This document shows, one piece after another, positions 49,801-57,254 of a stretch of DNA of 64,000 bases (position 1 is its first letter; every line of letters begins with the position of its first letter). Source of the DNA: an uncultured Actinomycetes bacterium (GTDB lineage: Bacteria; Actinomycetota; Actinomycetes; Streptosporangiales; Streptosporangiaceae). A model generated the notes under the pieces. It was not told the origin of the DNA, made no database searches, and saw only the letters and a list, made by a program, of their open reading frames with translations. The position numbers and the translations under genes were made by a program. The DNA lies in assembly GCA_963844695.1 (NCBI GenBank), contig CAWJPL010000035.1, forward strand, positions 1,457 through 65,456, written 5' to 3'.

Positions 49801-50202
49801 GAAGCACTGGGCCGGGCGGTGAACGACTCGCGCCGCCGGATCCAGGCAACCGACGGCGACTGGGGCGCGGACTACCCCTCGGCGTCGGATTTCTTTGACG
49901 AGTTCTTCCGCTGCTCGGCCTTTCGCCTCGACGACCCCGCCGCCACCCGGAACGGCTCGTTCTTCTGCGACCCCGCGGCTGACCGGCTGATGAACGTCGC
50001 AGACAGCGAGCAGCTGACCAGCCCACTTCAGGCCGCAGGGACATGGGCAGCTGTCGATCGGGCGGTCACACGGGCGGCTCCGTGGGTAACCCTGGCCGTC
50101 CTGAAGAACACCGATTTCCTGTCCGCCCGGATAGGCAATTACCAGTACAACCCGTTCTGGGGCGTGCTCCTGGATCAGCTGCAGATCCGCCCTCGGCGAT
50201 GA
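46810..50202 (+). CDS. membrane-anchored SARP-type regulator: OmpR/PhoB-like wHTH + BTAD, one TM helix, beta-propeller (NHL/YVTN-like) repeats, family-5 solute-binding (SBP_bac_5) domain
   Basis: VWFRLLGAVEVSADGTSLPLGGPRQRSVLADLAL... (SARP wHTH). LWRGPALADI...HFHAQLMLALYRSGRQADALAAFGRVRDTL..ELGIEPG (BTAD). RARGGRAWRWAAAAAALGLAAAAVVPILVGMGAA (TM, about 47676..47750). About 6-7 repeats of the form VWV(T/A)....V.RIDP.....TIPVG.GP.AI. A C-terminal region of about 530 aa looks like a peptide/nickel SBP. The start is GTG 46810 or ATG 46762. Confidence 0.85.
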   Translation: MWFRLLGAVEVSADGTSLPLGGPRQRSVLADLALHVGRAVPTAQLIVDVWGERPPSSAVHTLESYVSRLRHVLNASGAAGAVVVSKSAGYMLDAVPGNVNVWRFRELAARGGAAVEAGDAATAAALVGAAIDLWRGPALADIREAAFAPPAVQRLEEERLTALENLMEARLALGRHRELVAELEALIAGSPYREHFHAQLMLALYRSGRQADALAAFGRVRDTLSGELGIEPGRKLCELQHAVLLQAPELEPRVAAARLGPRQMADRQPSAPAAPPAAGPVRARGGRAWRWAAAAAALGLAAAAVVPILVGMGAAHGKTLAGGVGEVSAAGGIARSVALPGPPGAAVAADGSVWVTSPEGNVVYRIDPVTGSLVQTIPVGSGPSAITASGADIWVANTLDGTVSRISAAANAVVQTVNVGTEPTGITADGGSIWVADASASTLSALSSVSGRLTSTIPLPSPPFGVAFGAGSVWVTSPADNNVTRVDPRTGQPGQQITVGAGPTAVAFGLGSVWVANSLDSTVSRIDPGTDSVAAVIPVGDGPDALAITRDSVWAADRLSGALTRISSGGASPVSAILLGGSPVALTTAGDRVWFAVGAASSARRAGGTLNAVVSYPPTSIDPALQYPQMPPQFSDATYDTLVTFQKTGGSAGLQLVPDLALAMPAVTGGGTVYRFTLRPGLRYSTGQLVRPEDFRYAIERVLDLDPEAGAFLDGISGASACVPGKLCDLARGVTVNGSARTVTFRLSAPDPDFLYKLAFGFTAPVPSYIPARDAGRDPVPGTGPYMITRYVPGRRVVFARNPHFREWSAAAQPAGFPDRIVWTFGTSLTREAAEIEAGQADWTNDPLPGLAGLRARFPAQVHISTLPEIVFAAFNTRVAPFNDPRVRRAFSLAADRNRFVAALGGPGQAEPTCQILPPGIPGYRPYCPFTADPSASGAWVGPDLAAARRLVAASGTRGMRVTVWSDDQAPDGTTAAFIVSVLHMLGYRAAAHVVPNEALGRAVNDSRRRIQATDGDWGADYPSASDFFDEFFRCSAFRLDDPAATRNGSFFCDPAADRLMNVADSEQLTSPLQAAGTWAAVDRAVTRAAPWVTLAVLKNTDFLSARIGNYQYNPFWGVLLDQLQIRPRR

Positions 50203-50427
50203 TGCCCCGGCAGGCAGGCCCTCCCCTTCCCGCCAGCACGATCTAGGTTGCGCCAAAGCGCGATCTGCTGGCTGCAGCCTGCCACCTGCGATCCGATCAT
50301 CTTGCGATCAGGCTCCGAGCCAGTTCTGGTTGCCTTGTCGCCACCAGTGGCTGCTGGGGGGCTGCACCATCAGGCTTGCGACCTCCGGCCGTTCGGGAGC
50401 CGCAGCTTGAGTCTTCAGGGGAGAAAC

Positions 50428-52893
50428 ATGAAGCAATCACGTTGGACATCTCGCAGGCTGCCAGGTCCCCGGATGGTTGCGGCGCTGGCGGTGGCTGGCT
50501 GCGCGGCAGTCTCCCTTGTCGTGGCGGGCGGTGCGGTGGCGTCTGGCTCGGCTGCGCCGTTGCCTGGTTCTGTTGCGCCTCGCGCGCCGCAGGCGGCGCG
50601 GTTCGGGGCTTTGCGGTTCGGGCCCGCCCGCCCGGCCGGCACAGGGCAGTCGGTGCTGGATCGGCTGGCCGGCGCGGCTCAGGCCGGGCCGGGTCGGCAG
50701 GGCGGGTTTGTGGTGCTGGGCGGCAGCCCGGGCGCCCCGGCCGCCAACCCCAGGACCGATACCGTTTACATGCCGATCCAGTGCCGTACGAGCTTCTGCC
50801 CCTCCTCAGGCAAGCCTGGGCACGTCGTGGACATCATCAACGCTTCGAAGTGCAACGCCACGATCAGGTCCGGGTGCCGGGTGGTCGCGACGATCAGGGT
50901 CGGCAGCTCCCCGCTGGCGGCTGCCGTCGATGAGCGTACCGACACCGTTTATGTCACCAACGGCAACGACGGCACAGTCTCGGTGCTGAACGGCGCCCGG
51001 TGCAACGCGCGGGTGACCCGCGGCTGCCGGCCGGTGGCGACGGTCAAGGTGGGGAAGGGACCGGTCGCCGCGGTCGTCAACCCGGCCACGCGCACGCTCT
51101 ATGTGGCGAACGTCGCCGCGGGTAGCGTCTCGGTGATCAACGCGGCCAGATGCAACGCCAAGATCACGCGAGGGTGCCGGCGCCCGGCCCGGACAGTGAC
51201 CGACAAGGCCAGCCCGTCCTGGCTCGATGTTGACAGCGCGACCGACACCGTCTACGTGGCGAACAGCGTCACCCCGGGCACCGTGTCGGTGATCGACGGG
51301 GCCGCGTGCAACGGGCACACCGGCCGCGGCTGCGGGCGGGTCCCGGCAACCGTCACGGTGGGTGCCAGCCCCTTCGCGCTCGCCGTCGACCGCGCCAGCG
51401 ACACCGTCTATGTCGCTAACTTCGTCAACGAGTTCAACGGCGGGTCGGTGTCGGTCATCAACGGCGCCCAGTGCAACGCCAAGATCACCTCCGGCTGCGG
51501 CCGCACGCCACCGGCCGTGCCCACCGGCATCGGGACCGGCTTCGTCGCGGTCAACGGCGCCCTGCACACCGTGTTCGCGGCCAATGCGGCCGACGACACG
51601 CTGTCGGCGATCAACACCCGGACCTGCGACGGGACGGTGACATCCAGCTGCGCGACCCGGCCGCCGAACCTGCGGGCCACCTCCCTCCAGGGCCCCGGAT
51701 ACAACTCGTTCCCGGGCGGCTTCGCGCTCCTCCCGAAGGCGGGCACCGCCTACGTGGTGAACATCGGGGGCCGGAACATCGTGTCGGTGACCAGCATCAA
51801 CCACTGCAACGCCACCAGCACCGCCGGCTGCCGCGCCGAGGCGCCTACCGTGCCGGAGGGCGAGTTCCTGTTGTCAGCCGACCCGGCCACCAATACCATC
51901 TACGGCGGCAACCTCAGCCAGCCGGTGATCGACGTGATCAACAGCGCGACCTGCCATGCCCGGCGTCTGGCCGGCTGCGCCCCGGCCGCGGAGATCCCGG
52001 TTCCTGACCGGGGCGCCAACGTCGGGGCAATCGATCACGCCACCCACACCCTGTACGCCGCCGCCCCGTCGTCCGACAACGTGTTCGCGATCAACACCGC
52101 CACCTGCAACGCCGAGCGCACCTCCGGCTGCGCCGCCGCCCCGCCAACCATCAAGATCGGCGCATCCCTCAAAGTGCCGGCCGTCAACCCCGCCACCCAG
52201 ACCATGTACGTGTCCTACGGCGCCAACGCCAACAAGGTCGCGGTCGTCAACGCCGCCACCTGCAACGCCATCAACACCTCCGGCTGCTCGCAGACCCCGG
52301 GCGTGGTCAGAGTCGGCGCCGGCACCGTCATCCTGGGCGTCAGCGCCGCCACCGACACCGTCTACGCCCCCAGCGGGGCGGAGAACGCGGTCGCAGTGAT
52401 CAACGGTGCCACCTGCAACGGGACCGACCATTCTGGCTGCGGGCACCTCGCCGCCACTGCCAAGGTAGGCATCGACCCGTTCGGGGCCGCGGTCAACGAC
52501 CACACCCACACCGTGTACGTGACCAACAACGCCGACGGCGACTCACCCGGCACCGTGTCGGTCATCAACGCCGCCACCTGCAACGCCACCAACACCACCG
52601 GCTGCCACCGGCGGTTCCCCACCGCCGCCACCGGCAACTCACCGCTGCTCATCACCGCGGACACCCGCACCGGCGTCCTCTACATCACCAACTTCTCCAG
52701 CGCCTCGGTGACCATCCTGAATGGAAAACGCTGCAACGCGACGGTCACCAGCGGCTGTACCAAGGCCACGCGCGAGCAGTCGGTCGGCTCGGGACCATCC
52801 GGGCTTGCCGTCAACCCGCGCACCCGCACCATCTACGTCGGCAACGGCTACCTGCCCGGATCCCTGTCAATCTTCAGAGCTACCCGCCGTTGA
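50428..52893 (+). CDS. secreted YVTN-family beta-propeller repeat protein (~13-14 blades, each with a conserved C-x7-C pair)
   Basis: ATG 50428 follows AGGGGAG. Signal/lipobox-like N-terminus MKQSRWTSRRLPGPRMVAALAVAGCAAV. There are 13 units of the form T(D)TVYV(A/T)N...(G)(T/S)VSVIN.A.CNA....GC...(A)TV.VG..P.(L/A)AV. The track ORF starts upstream at 50248. Confidence 0.85.
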   Translation: MKQSRWTSRRLPGPRMVAALAVAGCAAVSLVVAGGAVASGSAAPLPGSVAPRAPQAARFGALRFGPARPAGTGQSVLDRLAGAAQAGPGRQGGFVVLGGSPGAPAANPRTDTVYMPIQCRTSFCPSSGKPGHVVDIINASKCNATIRSGCRVVATIRVGSSPLAAAVDERTDTVYVTNGNDGTVSVLNGARCNARVTRGCRPVATVKVGKGPVAAVVNPATRTLYVANVAAGSVSVINAARCNAKITRGCRRPARTVTDKASPSWLDVDSATDTVYVANSVTPGTVSVIDGAACNGHTGRGCGRVPATVTVGASPFALAVDRASDTVYVANFVNEFNGGSVSVINGAQCNAKITSGCGRTPPAVPTGIGTGFVAVNGALHTVFAANAADDTLSAINTRTCDGTVTSSCATRPPNLRATSLQGPGYNSFPGGFALLPKAGTAYVVNIGGRNIVSVTSINHCNATSTAGCRAEAPTVPEGEFLLSADPATNTIYGGNLSQPVIDVINSATCHARRLAGCAPAAEIPVPDRGANVGAIDHATHTLYAAAPSSDNVFAINTATCNAERTSGCAAAPPTIKIGASLKVPAVNPATQTMYVSYGANANKVAVVNAATCNAINTSGCSQTPGVVRVGAGTVILGVSAATDTVYAPSGAENAVAVINGATCNGTDHSGCGHLAATAKVGIDPFGAAVNDHTHTVYVTNNADGDSPGTVSVINAATCNATNTTGCHRRFPTAATGNSPLLITADTRTGVLYITNFSSASVTILNGKRCNATVTSGCTKATREQSVGSGPSGLAVNPRTRTIYVGNGYLPGSLSIFRATRR

Positions 52894-53374
52894 CACGGCG
52901 GCGGACAGGGCCGCAGCGACCAGCCCTGCTCAGCGATGCCAGGCCCGGCTCAAGGCACGGGTGGGGAGCGTCTGGCCGTCTGGGGATTGATGATCGTGGC
53001 GGTCATGGGTTGGGATTCGCCCACCGAAGCAGACGGGCGGAACCCTGGAGGTGACCGGCCTCTTCGCCGGATCTGACGATGCCCCGAACTTGCCGTTCCT
53101 CGACGCCGACCTGGGCGACTTGAGATTCACGGCTGCTCATAGTGACAATCTGGCGTACCCGGGATGCATGACAACGCTAGGTCGCTGCCCTCCACAAACT
53201 ACGGCAAGCTCCAGACTACGAGTGAATACGCTAGGCAGCGCATAAGCATGCGTTTACGCAATGCACCCAATTCGGCAGATCCGGTTGGATCGGCAAGACC
53301 GCAGTGCTGGCACCTGGTTGCTAGCAGCACGGATCTCCGCTGTCGGTACATGCAGTGTTAGAAGATCATGCACG

Positions 53375-54391
53375 TCACCATGGACGAGCTGATGCTGTTA
53401 CCCATAGGGATGTCAGCGCGTGACGAGAACGGCGATAGGGGCTGATCTCCATGATGCGGTCGTAGGTGCGGCGGGCCCGGGCGCTGCGGGCGCTGGCGCC
53501 GTAGCGTCGCAGCATCTGCGGGGAACTCCAGCCGTTGAGCTCCATCAGGTCCCCCTCTGCGCCGCCCCGGTCCAGCCAGATGTGGCTGAAATGGTGCCGG
53601 AACCGGTGCGGCCAGGCATCCACCCCGCACTGGCGGCCGCGGCGGGCGATCATCTGGTAGATGCCGTTGGCGGTCATCGGGCCCCGGTTATTCATCCCAA
53701 GCCACAGCTGAGGCCGCCACGCCTGCGCATGCTTTGACCGGATCCGGACGTACCTGTCCAGAGCCAGAGCCGCCTCGTGCCCGATCCTGACGATCCGCGG
53801 CCTGCCGCCCTTGCCGCGGACGGTGATCTCGCGCTGCTGCAAGTCGAGGTCGCTGCGGCTGGCGTCGTCCGGGTCGTAGCGGATCCCGGCCAGTTCGCCG
53901 GCCCGGATCCCGCTCGCCTTGAGCACCGCGATCACCGCTGCGTCGCGGCGCTGGGCGAAGGTACGGCCCTGGCAGGTTCTCTCCAGGGCCGATAGTTCTC
54001 CGCTGGTGAACACCGGCACCAGCTTCTCGGCCACCTTCGGCGCGCGCAGCCGGGCCATCGGGTCGGGGATCTGCTCCTCCTCGGCGAGCCATCTGAAGAA
54101 CTGCTGCAGCGCCCGGTACTGGTTGCTGGCATACGCGTCGCTGTACCGGGTCAGCAGATGGACCAGCCACCTCTGCACATCGTGGGCGTCTACCTGCTCC
54201 CACCTGGTCCGCGAGGTGCGGGGGATCAGGTGCGCAGCGGCGAACCATGCCACCGCGTCGGTGTAGGTCCGCACCGTCTTGGCCGCCTTGCCCTCGGCGG
54301 CCAGGTGCAGCCGGAACGAGCCGATCTCAGGCTGGAAAACCCCGGCGTCAAGCGGCTTGCGCCGCCGGGGACACGGTTGCGGGACGGTCAT
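53375..54391 (-). CDS. int: tyrosine recombinase/integrase (intact)
   Basis: SAM-like N-domain (FRLHLAAEGKAAKTVRTYTDAVAWF) and a catalytic domain with RDAAVIAVLKASGIRAGEL (R), HRFRHHFSH (H-x-x-R...H) and MLRRYGAS (Tyr). The plausible start is ATG 54391 (MTVPQPCP...). The ORF is open to 54490. Confidence 0.9.
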   Translation of the reverse strand: MTVPQPCPRRRKPLDAGVFQPEIGSFRLHLAAEGKAAKTVRTYTDAVAWFAAAHLIPRTSRTRWEQVDAHDVQRWLVHLLTRYSDAYASNQYRALQQFFRWLAEEEQIPDPMARLRAPKVAEKLVPVFTSGELSALERTCQGRTFAQRRDAAVIAVLKASGIRAGELAGIRYDPDDASRSDLDLQQREITVRGKGGRPRIVRIGHEAALALDRYVRIRSKHAQAWRPQLWLGMNNRGPMTANGIYQMIARRGRQCGVDAWPHRFRHHFSHIWLDRGGAEGDLMELNGWSSPQMLRRYGASARSARARRTYDRIMEISPYRRSRHALTSLWVTASARPW

Positions 54392-54554
54392 TGTTTTTCT
54401 CTCTTCCTGCGGTTCCGCTGAAGCGCACGCATCCGCGCTTAAGCGTTTCCGCAGGTCAGAGAAGTTAAGAGAAAGCGCATCACGCGCCATGAGAATCCCT
54501 CTCTTCCTGCGATTAGCGCAGGTGAGAGGGCTGGCAGATGCTACGAGAACGAGG

Positions 54555-54628
54555 TGGTCAGGGGCGGGGTCGAACCGCCGACCTTCCGCTTTTCAGGCGG
54601 ACGCTCGTACCGACTGAGCTACCTGACC
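54555..54628 (-). tRNA. tRNA-Phe (anticodon GAA)
   Basis: Manual cloverleaf: GGTCAGG-TA-GCTC-AGTCGGTAC-GAGC-G-TCCGC-CTGAAAA-GCGGA-AGGTC-GGCGG-TTCGACC-CCGCC-CCTGACC-A. Confidence 0.9.
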
Positions 54629-54674
54629 GTGACCGACCGCCGTGACGCAACCATCACGAGCGGTCTGAGCCTAG

Positions 54675-54748
54675 CGGTCCTGACGGGACTTGAACCCGCG
54701 ACCTCCACCTTGACAGGGTGGCGAGCTAACCGGCTGCTCTACAGGACC
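54675..54748 (-). tRNA. tRNA-Asp (anticodon GTC)
   Basis: Manual cloverleaf: GGTCCTG-TA-GAGC-AGCCGGTTA-GCTC-G-CCACC-CTGTCAA-GGTGG-AGGTC-GCGGG-TTCAAGT-CCCGT-CAGGACC-G. Confidence 0.9.
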
Positions 54749-54774
54749 ATCGGTGCCGGCCATATGGCCGACGG

Positions 54775-54847
54775 TGCCCCCAACGGGATTCGAACCCGTG
54801 CCGCCGCCTTGAAAGGGCGGTGTCCTAGGCCACTAGACGATGGGGGC
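54775..54847 (-). tRNA. tRNA-Glu (anticodon TTC)
   Basis: Manual cloverleaf: GCCCCCA-TC-GTCT-AGTGGCCTA-GGAC-A-CCGCC-CTTTCAA-GGCGG-CGGC-ACGGG-TTCGAAT-CCCGT-TGGGGGC-A. Confidence 0.9.
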
Positions 54848-54901
54848 CGGTGACGGCCGCCGCCGCCGTGACCCTTGGCGCCCGCCGTCGGGGACTGCCC
54901 C

Positions 54902-54931
54902 AGCATAGGGGACAACCGGCGTGTCCGCCAA
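54902..54931 (-). promoter_or_regulatory. candidate promoter TTGGCG-N18-TATGCT for the tRNA-Glu/Asp/Phe cluster
   Basis: Reverse complement of agcata (54902..54907) and cgccaa (54926..54931), about 55 nt upstream of the tRNA-Glu 5' end. Hexamer inspection only. Confidence 0.3.
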
Positions 54932-55388
54932 AGCGTTCCCCCGCGGACCCCCAGATCCGCCGGCGCGATGCCGCATCCGCAGCGCCTGACCCGCTCTCGG
55001 GCCGGCTGCCCAGACCTGCCCAGGACTCCCCTTCAGGGCACCGCCTGGTCCCCGGCCAGAGGTGTCCCCGCAGGAAACCACATCTGTCGCCGCAAACCCT
55101 GCCACTTCCGCTCTGGGACTCCCCCGCTGGTCAGGGCCTACTTAGCAATACGTCCAAGACATCCGTGATCACCCGAACGAAGACGATCATGCAGGAACCC
55201 CTTGCGCATTTCCTAAAAATTCGACACGGTAGGCAATCGACTCACGACTTACAGTCACTACTGCCGGTCACCGAACTGGGGCCCGTGTCCCCATATTCGA
55301 TGACTCAGCGTGAAAGAAGGAATGCGATCTGCTCTGGCGGCCCCGATGCCGGAGACCAGACGCAGCCAACAGAAGAGAAGAGCCACCC

Positions 55389-57131
55389 GTGCGCAACGGA
55401 GAGCACCCCCCGCTTTCCCAGAGGCGGGCGCGCCCATCGCAGCCAGGCCGGCATCGGCAACCCGGCGACCAGCCGGTGGCCTACCGCGATGTGTTCGCCG
55501 TCAGCGAGTTCCGCGCGCTGTGGTCCGCCCAGGCACTGTCCTGCGCGGGCGATCAGTTCGCGCAGGTCGCTATCGCCTTCGTGGTCTACGCCCGGACCGG
55601 ATCGCCGTTCCTCACCGCGGCGGCGTACGCCCTGACGTACCTGCCGCCGGTGCTCGGCGGCCCGGCCCTGTCGGGGCTGGCCGACCTGTTCCCGCGCCAG
55701 CAGCTGATGATCACCCTGGACCTCATCCGGGCCGGGCTGGTGGCTCTGATGGCTGTCCGGGGGTTGCCGTTGGCCGGGCTGGGCGTGTTGTTCTTCGGCA
55801 CCGTCCTGCTCGGCACGCCGTTCTCGTCAGCCCGGGCGGCGCTGCTGCCTGAGGTGCTGCCCGGGGACAAGTACCCGCTGGGCTCCGTGATCGGCAGCCA
55901 CACCACCCAGTTCAGCCAGATCGCCGGCTTCCTGGCCGGCGGCGCCCTGGTCGCGGTGCTCGGACCCTACCGGGCCCTGGCCCTGGACTCGCTGTCGTTC
56001 AGCCTGTCGGCTGGCATCCTCGCCTGCGGGGTGCGCCCGCGGCCCGCACCACCCAGTACCGGCGACCCCTCGCCGTGGGAGATCACCTGGGACGGCACCG
56101 CCACCGTGTTCGGCAGCCCGGTGCTGCGTACCCTCGTGCTGTTCGGCTGGCTGGCCGGTTTCACCGTGGTGCCCGAGGCCCTGGCCGCCCCGTACGCGCA
56201 CACGCTCGGCGGTGGCGCGCCCACCATCGGGGTGCTGATGGCGGCCATGCCGGCCGGCACGGTGATCGGTGGGTTCGTGATCGGGCGGCTGCTGCGCCCC
56301 TCGGACCGGATGCGGCCGATGGGCTGGCTGGCCATGCTGTCCTGTGCGCCGCTGATCTTCAGCCTGGCGCACCCGCCGCTACCGGTCCTGATCCTGCTCT
56401 GGGTCCTGGCCGGCGCGGGCGGGGCCTACCAGTTGGTGGCGGCCGCCGCGTTCGTGACCGCCCTGCCCGCCGCGCGCCGGGTGCGCGCGTTCGCGGTCGC
56501 CCAGTCCGGGCTGCTGGCCTCGCAGGGCCTGGGCATCCTGACCGGCGGGGCGGTCGCCCAGCGGGTCGGGCCAACCCGGACGGTGGCCCTGGCCGGGTTG
56601 CTGGGCTTGCTGGCCGCCGCGGCCCTGGCCAGCGACTGGACGCGCAGGCACACGGAGCTGATCAGGATGCTGATGAGCGGGCGGGAGACAGCCGCCGCCA
56701 AAGCGCCGGCCACCGGGCCGCCGGGCCGCAACCTGCCGGTGGCCGAGCGAGGCACCGGGTTGCCCGCGCCGCCGCAACCCGCCGAAACCCCCGAGCCCGC
56801 CGGGTCCGCGCCCAGCGCCACCCCAGTACCCGAACGCGCCCTAGATCAGGGCCCCCGCCGCGGGTCAGCGCGCAAGGCGCCGGGTGACCGGCCGGTGCGC
56901 ACCCGCCTAACTGCCACCCGTCTTCTTGATCAGGTTCTCGGCGATCGACGCACCCTCCCCTTCCTCTGGGATGACGACCCACGCCGCGAGGTACGCCAGT
57001 ACGAAGACGCCGAAGGTCACCACCGCCAGGGCAACGAAGATCAGCCGGACCACGGTGGGGTCGATACCGGCGTACTCGCCGAGCCCGGAGCAGACGCCGG
57101 CCACGAGCCGACCTTTCCGTGTCCGGATTAG
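55389..57131 (+). CDS. MFS transporter (EntS/MFS_3-like) with a long low-complexity C-terminal tail
   Basis: YRDVFAVSEFRALWSAQALSCAGDQFAQVAIAFVVY plus about 12 hydrophobic helices ending near ...LLGLLAAAALASDW. The first in-frame stop is only at 57131. The start is uncertain (55389 or GTG 55476). Confidence 0.8.
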   Translation: MRNGEHPPLSQRRARPSQPGRHRQPGDQPVAYRDVFAVSEFRALWSAQALSCAGDQFAQVAIAFVVYARTGSPFLTAAAYALTYLPPVLGGPALSGLADLFPRQQLMITLDLIRAGLVALMAVRGLPLAGLGVLFFGTVLLGTPFSSARAALLPEVLPGDKYPLGSVIGSHTTQFSQIAGFLAGGALVAVLGPYRALALDSLSFSLSAGILACGVRPRPAPPSTGDPSPWEITWDGTATVFGSPVLRTLVLFGWLAGFTVVPEALAAPYAHTLGGGAPTIGVLMAAMPAGTVIGGFVIGRLLRPSDRMRPMGWLAMLSCAPLIFSLAHPPLPVLILLWVLAGAGGAYQLVAAAAFVTALPAARRVRAFAVAQSGLLASQGLGILTGGAVAQRVGPTRTVALAGLLGLLAAAALASDWTRRHTELIRMLMSGRETAAAKAPATGPPGRNLPVAERGTGLPAPPQPAETPEPAGSAPSATPVPERALDQGPRRGSARKAPGDRPVRTRLTATRLLDQVLGDRRTLPFLWDDDPRREVRQYEDAEGHHRQGNEDQPDHGGVDTGVLAEPGADAGHEPTFPCPD

Positions 57132-57170
57132 CCTCTTACTCCCATTGGCCTCGTTCATGCCCCCGATCAT
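56907..57170 (-). CDS. PspC-domain membrane protein
   Basis: (MIGG)MNEANGSKRLIRTRKGRLVAGVCSGLGEYAGIDPTVVRLIFVALAVVTFGVFVLAYLAAWVVIPEE. This is the only credible part of the 494-aa track ORF 56907..58391. Confidence 0.8.
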   Translation of the reverse strand: MIGGMNEANGSKRLIRTRKGRLVAGVCSGLGEYAGIDPTVVRLIFVALAVVTFGVFVLAYLAAWVVIPEEGEGASIAENLIKKTGGS

Positions 57171-57254
57171 TCCCGCTCGGACTGGGGCCAGACAGCCGAA
57201 CACGGCACGCATACGCTGGGCGCGGGAGTTAGTGACTGACCGGAAGGACCCGCC

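Larger units (their letters stand above)
46085..54597. mobile_element. island segment C (~8.4 kb), tRNA-proximal, with an intact integrase and two cargo genes
   Basis: Perfect 43-nt direct repeats at both ends, the right one being part of the tRNA-Phe gene. An intact integrase sits 163 nt from the tRNA. The integrase-proximal arm is conserved with segment B (ctcttcctgcgattagcgcaggtgagagggctgg versus ctctttcctgccattcgcgcaggtgagagggctgg). Confidence 0.75.

Noticed and set aside
48967-51804. Long minus-strand ORFs 48967..50256 and 50806..51804 antisense to the two island cargo genes
   Set aside because: Low-complexity G/R/P/D-rich translations. The sense strands have strong repeat and domain signatures.
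50800-52800. Periodic DNA repeats that could be mistaken for a repeat array or CRISPR
   Set aside because: The ~130-150-nt periodicity is the codon-level repeat of the YVTN blades inside one continuous ORF. There is no spacer/repeat architecture.
53003-53140. Possible excisionase (45-codon minus-strand ORF MSSRESQVAQVGVEERQVRG...) downstream of the intact integrase
   Set aside because: Weak GC3 bias, no recognisable HTH/MerR-like excisionase motif and no convincing ribosome-binding site.
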